From positions 21,390,001 to 21,454,000 of the forward strand of contig JBHGNT010000006.1 in the NCBI GenBank assembly GCA_043228905.1: a stretch of DNA of 64,000 nt, given 5' to 3'. The DNA is from Azolla caroliniana (lineage: Eukaryota > Plantae > Polypodiophyta). The position numbers and the translations under genes were made by a program. The notes below the pieces were generated by a model. It was not told the DNA's origin. It ran no database searches and was given only the letters and a program-made list of their open reading frames with translations. Shown here piece by piece: positions 48,764 to 58,414 of the stretch (its first letter is position 1; each line of letters opens with the position of its first letter).

Positions 48764-51061
48764 AGGGGGAGTTTGTTAGGATTACGGTCCCTCCGGATGG
48801 GATGGTCGGATGTCCGGGAATCGGGAACGAAGACCCGGTTCCGGAGCCGGATGAGGAAGACCCCGGCTACGGAGCCGGATGACGAAGACCCCGGCTACGG
48901 AGCCGGATGAAGTATGTACCCGGAGAGAGATCCGGATGCGGGGACATATTTGTGATTATGTTTTGCCAAGGGCCCTTGAGGCTATATTTGTAAATAGCCC
49001 GAAAGTCATATGTGTATAAATATGACTTAGGGCAAACAGTTTTAATGTTGTTGCTCATTTTCTGTTTTCCACTTAGAGGGAGCGAAGTGAGAGCAGCCGA
49101 GAGAGAGAGAGAGAGAGAAAGGAAGAGGTCGACGCCTCTGTGTAATACCGCCGTCTGTGGCGAGGACAGCGAGCTCAAGGTCGTCGCCTTGCAGCTCGCC
49201 ATTGTACATTCCCTGCGTATAGTGATAGTTGGAGTCTTGCACTCCCGTGGTTTTTCCCGCTTAGGGTTTTCCACGCTAAACCCTGTGCATTCGAGTCTCT
49301 CTCTGTGTTTTGGATTTACTGCTGCACTGACTCGTGTTTCCTCGGTTGTGGCCGAGAGGAGAAGGTTTGGAAAGCGTCAATTTTTCAACACAATCCGGGT
49401 GGTTGTACCATGTATACCTCCTCTTCTTCCCTTGAAGAAAGATGTTCTTGACATCCATCTGATGGATGTGCCACCCTTTCGTTGCTGCGAGCGTTATCAT
49501 GGTCCAAACAGTTGTCATCTTTGCCACCGGGGCAAAGGTCTCCTCATAGTTGACTCCTTTTGTCTGTGCGTAAGCTTTTACTACGAGTCAACCTTTGTAG
49601 CGGTTGACAGAGCCATTGACATTATACTACACCTTCTATATCCATCTATAGTCGATTTTCTTCTTGTGAGGTGAGTGGGGGGTTAAGATCCCATGTCTTG
49701 TTCTTGCTAAGTGCTTGCATATCCTCGTTCATTGCTTTGACCCATTGTGGATATTTAATACCTTCAACAAAACTTTACGGCTCTTGAACGGTTGCCACAT
49801 TCATCATAAAGGCATAATGGTATGCCATGTGATCATTGTAGCCAAATCTGATGACTAGGTTCTTTTCTCAGTTGGAGCAACAAAGTTCTTTGTTTTCCAT
49901 TGTGAACGCTTTCTTTACTATGGGTGTCATGATGGGAACACCGAATTCATTGTCAATTGTTTGTGCCAACTCATCTACATCACTCTCGTCGGAGTGGTTG
50001 TCCTTGTACTTGGGCATTTTGGCCTTTCCTCTGTCCGATATCGAACTTCGCGATGACATGTTTTGCTCGCTTGTAGGCTCTTGTGATCCACTCAATCTGG
50101 CTGAGATAAGACTCTCCACGGGTATGGCCCTTAGCTATTCATCATTGTCTAGGTTGATTCCAAAATCGGCCATGATTTGTTGGGGCGAAGTTAGGTTAGG
50201 TGCATACCATGATGTTGATTCACCAAACACGACGTTCCGACTCACGCGAAACATTCAAGTAGATGGGTTTAAGCATTTGTAACCTTTCTACTCAAGCGAG
50301 TACCCCATGAGGATGCACTTCTCCAATATTGGGTCAAGCTTTTGCCGCTTCTCATCGAGAATGTGCATGAATGGAATTCAGGCGAATATCCTTACATGGG
50401 ATAGATCCGATTTCTTTCCTTAGGATTTCTTGTTTGGGGTAATCTCGTGGATGTTGGATGTCATACATAGGTTCATTACATAGACAAATGGTGTGCATGC
50501 TACTTTGGCCCAATATGACTTCGACATGTGCTTTTTGTTTCAGCATGACGCTTGCTACTACGAGGATGTGCTGATTCTTTTGTTGCGCTACTCTGTTCTG
50601 TTGCGGTGTATATCGACACACAAACTCTCGTTGAATTCCTTCTTGTTGGAGAAAGGCTGAAAATTCATCAGAAAAATACTCTTTTCCTCCATCCGATCGA
50701 AGACATCGAACATATCAACCCATTTCTTTTTTTACTCTGCTTTTGAACTTTTGAAAGTATATGAATACTTCACTCTTGTGGCGCATCGGATAAATCTAGG
50801 TGTGTTTGGAGATATCGTCAATGAACGTGATGTAGTTTCGGCATCCTCCGAATGTGGCCATCTATGTCAGTCCCTACACATCAGAGTGGACTATGTCTAG
50901 TAGGACTTTGTTCACGTTCCTCTCTTTCGGGAATGGGTGTCAATGTTGGTTGCCGAATTAACATGTTTCACATACTCCATTGACTTCCTTTTCTTTAAAT
51001 GTTTGGGGTCTGATGTGGACTCCTTTTGATTGCATCCACTTGACCTTTTGGAGGTTGATAT

Positions 51062-51544
51062 TGTCATAAACCTATGCTACACCATGGTGGAAGGTAGGGA
51101 TTGAAACCAAGACCTCTTGTCTCCATTGGGCAACCCTACCAACTAAGCTACATCCATCTATTTATCCTTGTATAAAATCCAACTTCATGTATGGTAGATT
51201 GAACATTGGAAGTTCCTGGCTTGCATGCATCCTCATGCATTCTCTATTCCTAGCCTGCATACATGCATTCTCTATTCCTAGCTTGCATGCATCTTCATGG
51301 ATTCTCTATTCCTAGCTTGCATGTATCTTCATGCATTCTCTATTCCTAGCTTGCATGCATCTTCATGCATTCTCTATTCCTAGCTAGCATACATACCTCT
51401 ACCTTTTTTGTATAAATACTTAGGTGCACCATGATTCTAATCAAGGTGAACAATGCCAGTTACAGAATCAGAAGTCAAGTTCTTGTTCTTTTTCTCTCTC
51501 CTAGTTCTTAGTCTCTTCTTGTTCCTACTCTCTCTTCCGTGACA
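51062..51544 (+). repeat. complete 483-bp solo LTR carrying a tRNA-derived module and 34-bp tandem repeats
   Basis: TGTCA...TGACA termini; TSD GATAT/GATGT; splits host integrase WHKRISHI|NLQK; TATAAATA at 51411; about 5 copies of TAGCTTGCATGCATCTTCATGCATTCTCTATTCC. Confidence 0.9.
51086..51157 (-). ncRNA. tRNA-derived Pol III module inside an LTR
   Basis: A box TAGCTTAGTTGG; B box with one change (GTTTCAATCCC); acceptor ATGGATG/CTTCCAC pairs at 5 of 7 positions. Confidence 0.65.
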
Positions 51545-51940
51545 GATGTGGCTGATTCTTTTGTGCCACAACTCTATGTTCGTGTGGACTTGCATTCCTT
51601 GCTCCACAATTTGGCAGACTAAGACCAAATTCTTCGTGATGGTTTGTACATGCAAGACATTATTAATGTATGTCTAGTTTCCTTCTTTGCCGAATGGCAC
51701 ATTGGCGATGTGCCATATAGGATAAGTGTTCCATCTGGATTTCGCAAGTCTCATAACCATTCTTGATGAGATGTCATATGGAGTCGACAAACAATATGTC
51801 TTCTAGATTGGAGGCACTAGAAAAACTAGAGGCCGACATAGAATTTGCTTTATTTCTCATCATGAACATTCTGCCATGGTCATCATAGTCAAAGTTTGTG
51901 GCGTAATTGGTGAGTTTTTGGCTTGTGGAACTCATGTTTC

Positions 51941-52195
51941 TGTCATAAACATATCCAACAGAAGAAGGTGAACCCAAGAACTCATGTTCTTTATCGGGTA
52001 ACCCTACCAATTGAGCTACATATGCATCCTTGTACAAAATCCAACTTCATGTAGTGTAGATTGAACATTGGAAGTTTCTAGCTTGGACACATTCTCATGC
52101 ATTCTCTATTGCATGCATCCTCATGCATACTCTATTTCTAGCTGGCTTACATAGCCCTACCTTCTTGTATAAATACTCAGGGGCACCTTGATTCT
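51941..52195 (+). repeat. independent, 3'-truncated insertion of the tRNA-bearing LTR family; degenerate module at about 51961-52026 (minus)
   Basis: Starts TGTCATAAACATAT; A box TAGCTCAATTGG and GGGTTCAC remnant; same downstream sequence and TATA as 51062; host frame TYEN|RNMSS continues across it. Confidence 0.8.
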
Positions 52196-53270
52196 GTTTT
52201 CATAGGTCAGAGCTCGTCCACCTCGTCCTTGACTAAATCAACCTCTTCTTGAATGATTGCATTCTCTTCTACGATAGCGATGAGCCGGTTCTTTTTGAAT
52301 TGTCGGCGTAGAACATAAAACACAAGGATGGGCTAGATCAAGTTTCCAAATCACTCTAATACCATGTAAAGAATCAAGTGTGATTATGTGGAATGGAATA
52401 GATTAGAGATGTGTGTTATGTGTGTGTGAAAGAGGAGAGAGGAGAGACACAAGATAGATAGGAAAATGAAATACTCAAGATATATATTGACAAGAAGTAG
52501 AGAACAACTACACACAAATAATAAGCACTACAAGGGAGATTAATTGACACTTACAAAATAACAGGAGGGTGCTTTATATAGGTCACCTCTCACTAAACCA
52601 CTCACTCTCTCGAATCTTGGGGAGTGGGCAATCTTATTAATTATGTGTCATAGAGTGTAACTCCTATGATGTATGAGTTATGTTACAAGAATCATTAATA
52701 ATATGTCATAGAATGTGACTCCTAGGACACATTAGTTATATTACATAGTGGTGGTGTGTAACTCTCTAGTGTGTTTACACACTAGGAAGGGTTGAGCTGG
52801 CTTCTCAACATATATGTTTTCTTTTTTAGTCATCACAAGGCTATGCTTAACAACATACAAAAGTCACATAGTTGGACACAATGATGTGCTCTATAGCTAT
52901 AAGTTAAACGGAATAAAAAAATGGAAACCACAACTACGACGAATTGGATACAATAGAGTGTGATTACTAAAAGTTATCATTTTTAAAGTATGCAAATTTA
53001 AATAGAATTAAATTGTAGAGATTTATATCTCATGGTCAATCACGAATATGTGAAAGGTGGGGGATTAATCACATTATTAGCCAAAACTTGTACTTACAAG
53101 ATGGAATTTTTATTTATTTATTTATCCGAAAAAAACACTACTTCGCATTAGTTAGCAAACAATTACATCATAGACCACCAAAAATTCAGCAACCCTCACT
53201 GTGGCCTTCTCATCAAAGTGGACATAGTTCCCACCTCATTTACAACAAAAGTATCCACAACTCCTATAAC

Positions 53271-54026
53271 CTAGTTATTTGTACCATATCTATACATAGT
53301 TCCGAAACATTTATCTTCGTTTGAAGTTATATTCGCCACCCTCAATTCATTGGTTTCTTTCTTCATCATTCTTTCTTTGCAAGATGAGAAGGTCTCTTGT
53401 TCCACACCTTCTTCCGTGGTTATATCATGGTATTGAACCTGGGCCTTTGTATCAACCGTAACATTAATCCCCATTTGTTGGGAGGCTTCTTCTTCCTCGC
53501 TCATCATTTGCTTCAGTTTTTGCTCCTTTTGAAGCTTCTCTTCATCCTCAACTTGCGCCTTTAAGTTCTCGAATGCCTCTTCCATCAAGCCTTCTATGTC
53601 GAGTATTGTTGAACCTTCCCTCTTCGAGTTTTCTTCTTTAGGTGGTAGTTTGTAGTTGCATCCCGTCCTCCTTTCACCATCTGCCATGGGTTGTGTTGTT
53701 GCCGATGAGAATCTTGTCTTCCTCTTATCGTGAAGTCGACATACTCTTTCCACTTTCGTCCAATCTTCTGTGAGGCCATTTGCACCATCATCATCCTCAA
53801 GTCGAATTCCAATGGCATTCCTTTCCTTTCGGTCTATCGATTTCACAAACATTAGGACTTTTTTCACCCCCACCAATCTTTGATCCCGCTCCGAGAGTTG
53901 TGCAAAGGGACACTCGAACTCAACGAAAGCATGCATGGCACTTTGGTGGGTCTTTAATGATGATACCCATTGGTTGAACTCGTATAGTTTGCATCTCTTC
54001 GATTCTTTGTATCTATATGCCTCCAT
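53271..54026 (-). CDS. Gag-like protein, N-terminally deleted paralogue of the 56376 ORF
   Basis: QRLVGVKKVLMFVKSIDRKER..GLTEDWTKVERVCR aligns with QRLVGEDKVLMFVKSIDRKER..GLTEDWAEVQRVCR. Confidence 0.75.
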   Translation of the reverse strand: MEAYRYKESKRCKLYEFNQWVSSLKTHQSAMHAFVEFECPFAQLSERDQRLVGVKKVLMFVKSIDRKERNAIGIRLEDDDGANGLTEDWTKVERVCRLHDKRKTRFSSATTQPMADGERRTGCNYKLPPKEENSKREGSTILDIEGLMEEAFENLKAQVEDEEKLQKEQKLKQMMSEEEEASQQMGINVTVDTKAQVQYHDITTEEGVEQETFSSCKERMMKKETNELRVANITSNEDKCFGTMYRYGTNN

Positions 54027-55273
54027 GAGATATCCTGCTGCTGCCTCGTTTCACGTCGGGTTGACCAAAGATGTCGCGAAAATATGACGAGGATACGCAA
54101 ACTTCAGGTAGGACCCCGTGGCCTCCGACCGGAGGATATCAAATTCGCATGATTATATTAAACAATTAATACAAAATGAGAAAGATTCACAAATTTCATT
54201 AATAAAGAGAAAGAAAGATTACAATCAATCTCAAGATTGAGATTACAAAAAGTTTAGTTAATGGAGATTACTAGAGTAATAGATAAGAAGAAACTAAGAT
54301 ATGGATTCCACAGAGATTTAGGGTTATTGGCTTTGATAAGAGATTATAGTTTTATGAGTTGAATAGCTTCCGTATGGAAAATTAGGGTTAGGAGTAAGAT
54401 GGATTTTCTAAGGAATTTAGGATTTTTAGAGAGATTGCTTTCGTATGGAAATTATGGTTTACTTAAGAGATAACTTCCTTCCCCCATATGGAAATCCGGA
54501 ATTATGAGTGATAGCCCCCTTCTTGATTGATTCACGGATTCTTCTTCTTTTTCCTCTCCTTCCCTTGCATGCGTCCCTCATGGCCTTTACTTTAGTTTTC
54601 TTCGCTTTACTTTAGTTTGTTGCATGATCTCCACCTTTCTGTTGCACACCTTCCACATCACCTTTACTTTTTGCATGCACTCCAACTTTAGTTGCTTACG
54701 TCCACATGGCCTTTACTTTAGTTCTCTTCACTTTACTTTAGTTTGTTGCATGATCCAATCTTCCGTCCGTCCGCGTCCAACCTCGTCCAGTAGCTGGTTC
54801 CGCCCGATTGCCGAATCCCTCGCTAGACGGTTCCATTTTGCATGCCGGCCGGTTCTGATTTTGCTTGTCGGCCGGTTCCGGTTTGATTGCCGACCGGTTC
54901 CGGTTCCTTGCCGGTGTCAGTTCCAGTTTGCTTGCCGACCGGTTCCGATTTTGCTTACCGGCCGGTTTCTAGTTATGCTTATCGGCGAATTTCCGGATTC
55001 CGATTTTGCTTACCGGCCGGTTTCCGATTTTTGGGAACTTGGCCACCATCATCCATCAAGACAAAGTGGCCAAAGTGCTCTTAGCATAAATGAAAATGAG
55101 GGTTCCCAATGTGCTTATATAGCCAAGGCCTAAAGATTCCTATCTATGTGGGATAAATAATAATTCTATTTTCCCTATCTTCCCAAACATCCATCTTCTA
55201 TAACATGCCATTAAGCTAATATAAAGTACTTATTTTATTTTATTTTACATAGTGTGAGAAGATTCACACGACA
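53271..55273 (-). mobile_element. truncated gag-only LTR element: 5' LTR 54072-55273, tRNA-Trp PBS 54051-54067
   Basis: Minus-strand termini TGTCGTG...CGCGACA; PBS TGGTCAACCCGACGTGA; ORF homologous to 56376-58289; no 3' LTR found. Confidence 0.8.
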
Positions 55274-55554
55274 CCGTCCCCGCAGCCAAGATACCAACTT
55301 GAACCATATATTTAACAACACCTCACCGCTAGGGATCTTTTGTTGTTGAAAAACAAACTTACAACGCCTAGTCCAAATATGCCAGACCAATAAACAAGCT
55401 ACCATAATCCATATCTCTTCAAAAAATTCTGAGTTAGTGCCAGGTTGAACTCCAGCATGTTGAAACACCTTGCCACCCTGCACTATAAATCCATGGCCAT
55501 GGGGGTTTAACTATTCAGCCCAGCGTTCCCCTGTTAACTTCAGCCCCTGTACGG
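55274..55554 (-). mobile_element. probable LINE ORF2 C-terminal fragment
   Basis: IWIMVACLLVWHIWTRRCKFVF resembles the W-x-IW-x-x-R-[NC]-x-x-x-F motif after the zf-RVT domain of L1-type ORF2. Confidence 0.55.
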
Positions 55555-55655
55555 TGTCGTAGTGTATTTCGTACACTACGTGAAAAAGTAAAAATAATAT
55601 AACTGATTTAATTACATATAAATAAATAAAATAATATATCAAGATATTTATCACG

Positions 55656-55727
55656 TGCATAGGGCAGGATTCGAACCCTATACCTCCACGTTGACAAACC
55701 CCAACCTTACCATTATGCTACCTTATC
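55656..55727 (-). ncRNA. tRNA-derived Pol III module in LTR U3
   Basis: A box TAGCATAATGG (55710-55720), consensus B box GGTTCGAATCC (55667-55677), 32 nt apart; TTTT 25 nt downstream; cloverleaf stems degenerate. Confidence 0.75.
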
Positions 55728-56341
55728 TTTAGTGTTCTATAAATAGATTTAATAAGTATAATTGCTTTATTTACGCCTACCTTTAGTAAAAGGTAAATCG
55801 TGCATTTTTAGAGTGCGTGAATAGAAAAACGCAAGCAACTAAAAAGTGACTCATGCACATCTAGCGTGCATGAGCACTATATTTAGCAAATAAAAGCAAG
55901 GATTAGAAAAGCATCACATGCACATTTAGTGTGCATGAACATATTAGAAAAAAAAAGCATGTAGCTATGCTTAGTCTCTCCCATCACTACATAAGGATGG
56001 GGAGCACAATGTAATAGGTGTGTGAAATATTTGGAAATTGGATATATTTCCGAAAACACCAACCGATTAATATAATCGTGGGATTCACGAAAATAATATA
56101 ATCTATACTTGTGGGATTCACAAGTTTCTTATATCTTTCTTTCAATCTAAATACATATTCTTATCTAAATATTGATTAATCGAATACAATACACTCGTGG
56201 GATTCACGAAATTTCTATCTCTCTTTCTAATAATCTATTCATTACTAGCCTCATCTCATATTCTTCTTTCTCCTAGTCCAAAACCCCAGTGGTTCCCACC
56301 CGACTCACGCAACGATCCGGAGCCGAAAGGCACGACACAGT

Positions 56342-56358
56342 TGGTGAACCCGACGTGA
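56342..56358 (+). promoter_or_regulatory. primer-binding site complementary to tRNA-Trp (repeated at 59029-59045)
   Basis: TGGTGAACCCGACGTGA is the reverse complement of the plant tRNA-Trp 3' end TCACGTCGGGTTCACCA (recalled sequence), 4 nt after the LTR. Confidence 0.85.
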
Positions 56359-56375
56359 AGGCGGGTGGCAAGGAG

Positions 56376-58289
56376 ATGGAGAATCAACAAGAGGCGATGA
56401 ACATGATGATGATGATGTTCGAACGGATGCTACAAGAACAACGAGCGATGTCAGAGATCACGGCGGTAGTAAAGCGGCTCGTACAACGAAACGGACAATT
56501 CAACGGAAACGATCTGTCACGCTATCTACATGACTACAAAGGGGAGATGATGCGATGTGGGATACCGGAAGGATTGCAAGTGACATCCTTCAGTCGGGTA
56601 GCCACGGATGAGCTACAAGAGAGAATCCACAAGATACGGCAACAAAACTCGACATGGGGATCATTCGAAGAAGCTTTACGAGAGGCATATGATTACAAGA
56701 GATCGAAGGGAAAAGATCGGCGAGAATTCGACGAATGGGTGGCATCGGAGAAGACCCACCGAAGTGCAACACAAGCATTCCTAGAGTTCGAGCATCGTTT
56801 TGCTCGACTCTCGGAGCGGGAACAACGATTGGTGGGAGAAGATAAAGTCCTAATGTTCGTAAAATCGATCGATCGAAAAGAAAGGATGGACATCGGGATC
56901 GAACTCGAAGACGATGAAGGTACGAATGGTCTTACTGAAGATTGGGCCGAAGTCCAAAGGGTATGCCGGAGACATGATGAGAGGAAGATGAGAATCTTGT
57001 CAATGACATGGCCGATGAAGGATGGTCGATTGAAGACAAATGATGGAGCCGATATGAAGGCCGAAATACAACATGATGGTGCGACGGAAGAGGGTGTAAA
57101 ACAAGCTACCCTGTTGTCTTGCGAAAGAACGACGACGAAGGATAAGGCCGATAACCCAAGTGTAGAAGAAGATTTCGGAATACAAGTGTCCGAAACATCG
57201 GGTGAAAAAGGGGTAAGCATAATTGATGTTTGCATAATTGATGCAGTGAAAGAGAGCAAGGAGGACTTGATTGAGGAGGTCACCACGAAAGATGACATCG
57301 AATTGAAGGTGGCTATGGACGAATCAACGACGGATGGCCATATCGAGACTTCCCCACCACTGATTCCAGAGACTGCGGCGGTTGCGTTTGAAAGGCAACG
57401 TGAGACCGAAGAGACGGAAGGTGGCGGAGAGAAAACAAAGGTCGAAGTCGATGCATACGACGGAGAGATAGCCGAGAATATGGCTATGGGTGAAACAATG
57501 GAGGATGATAATACCGAGGATTCCTACCCACTAATTCTAGAGACTTCGGCGGTTGTATTCGAGAACCAACGTGAGACCGGAGAGACAGGAGGTGGCGGCA
57601 AGAAAGGTAAAGTCGGAAGCCGGTTCGGATGGAAGGTGATCCGGACAGGATTCCGATCCGAAAGAAAGCCGAACCGGGTAAAAGAGGATTCGACCGAAAG
57701 TCGACCCGAAAGAAAGCCGAACCGAAAGGAAGAGAATTCGGCCGAAAGACGACACAAACGAGACCGATCCGGAAAGAAGCTAATTCGACTCAACCGGAGG
57801 TTGGACCGGTCGAGGCTGGTGAAAACGAGGAAAAGAAAGCCAACCGAAACCGAAACCGATAGATCGAAACCGGGCCGGAAGGAGACCGACTCAATCAAAA
57901 CCGAACAACCGATTCCGATTCGTCCGAATACGAATCCGATTGGAAGCCGATCAAACCGAAAGTCGATCGGACGAGAGCGATCCGGAAAAAAGTCAAGGTT
58001 GATGAAGACAAGAAAGAGGCCAGTAAAAGACACTACCACGAATGACAAGGGCCAAAAATATGACGAGAGAGAACAAAGAATATGGTGGATCGGATGGCGA
58101 GAATGGTTCGGGTGGAAAGAATGGGTCTACTCAAAATGGAGAGACAAAGTTGACATAGCGGGACAAACAGAGGATGAAGGGGAGACGAGCATCGCCAACT
58201 TCGGCACATACCGGAGGATGTGCGGGTTCGGAGGGGGCGAGTGTCGTAGTGTATTTCGTACACTACGTGAAAAAGTAAAAATAATATAA
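56376..58289 (+). CDS. 637-aa Gag-like protein with long acidic then R/K-rich C-terminal extension; stop lies inside the LTR
   Basis: Uninterrupted ORF from the first ATG after the PBS; FNGNDLSRYL..TWGSFEEALREAY resembles Ty3/gypsy capsid; no zinc knuckle. Confidence 0.75.
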   Translation: MENQQEAMNMMMMMFERMLQEQRAMSEITAVVKRLVQRNGQFNGNDLSRYLHDYKGEMMRCGIPEGLQVTSFSRVATDELQERIHKIRQQNSTWGSFEEALREAYDYKRSKGKDRREFDEWVASEKTHRSATQAFLEFEHRFARLSEREQRLVGEDKVLMFVKSIDRKERMDIGIELEDDEGTNGLTEDWAEVQRVCRRHDERKMRILSMTWPMKDGRLKTNDGADMKAEIQHDGATEEGVKQATLLSCERTTTKDKADNPSVEEDFGIQVSETSGEKGVSIIDVCIIDAVKESKEDLIEEVTTKDDIELKVAMDESTTDGHIETSPPLIPETAAVAFERQRETEETEGGGEKTKVEVDAYDGEIAENMAMGETMEDDNTEDSYPLILETSAVVFENQRETGETGGGGKKGKVGSRFGWKVIRTGFRSERKPNRVKEDSTESRPERKPNRKEENSAERRHKRDRSGKKLIRLNRRLDRSRLVKTRKRKPTETETDRSKPGRKETDSIKTEQPIPIRPNTNPIGSRSNRKSIGRERSGKKSRLMKTRKRPVKDTTTNDKGQKYDEREQRIWWIGWREWFGWKEWVYSKWRDKVDIAGQTEDEGETSIANFGTYRRMCGFGGGECRSVFRTLREKVKII

Positions 58290-58342
58290 CTGATTTAATT
58301 ACATATAAATAAATAAAATAATATATCAAGATATTTATCACG

Positions 58343-58414
58343 TGCATAGGGCAGGATTTGAACCCTATACCTCCACGTTGACAAACCCCAACCTTACCAT
58401 TATGCTACCTTATC
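58343..58414 (-). ncRNA. tRNA-derived Pol III module in the second LTR
   Basis: Copy of 55656-55727; B box reads GGTTCAAATCC, still consensus. Confidence 0.75.

Larger units (their letters stand above)
44042..49390 (+). mobile_element. very young full-length copia family A element, TSD CAATC
   Basis: 617-bp LTRs (44042-44658, 48774-49390) with one mismatch seen; PBS 44662-44673; PPT 48757-48773; empty site GATTCCAATCCGGGTGG at 17701. Confidence 0.97.
36777..52810 (-). mobile_element. copia family B element, copy 2 (5' LTR 52365-52810, PBS 52353-52364, partial 3' LTR 36777-36955), TSD TATAT; expanded to 16 kb by nested insertions
   Basis: TATAT at 36772-36776 and 52811-52815; degenerate iMet PBS TGGTATTAGAGT; colinear with 10263-19806. 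Confidence 0.85.

Noticed and set aside
51085-51090. Encoded CCA end suggesting capture of a mature tRNA
   Set aside because: The duplicate at 19830 reads CCG, so CCA is explained by CpG deamination.
51217-51390. CRISPR-like array
   Set aside because: Head-to-tail repeats with no unique spacers, in eukaryotic LTR context.
54624-55133. 169-aa ORF with CRPV repeats
   Set aside because: Translation of tandem repeats inside the 54072-55273 LTR.
55656-55727. Functional tRNA gene (TT-GTC-AA resembles an Asp anticodon loop)
   Set aside because: D, anticodon and acceptor stems do not pair well; only the promoter boxes are intact, and the parent tRNA cannot be assigned by eye.
56342-56358. Element encodes its own primer tRNA
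   Set aside because: The module's 3' end (CCTGCCCTATGCA) is not complementary to the PBS, which matches host tRNA-Trp.
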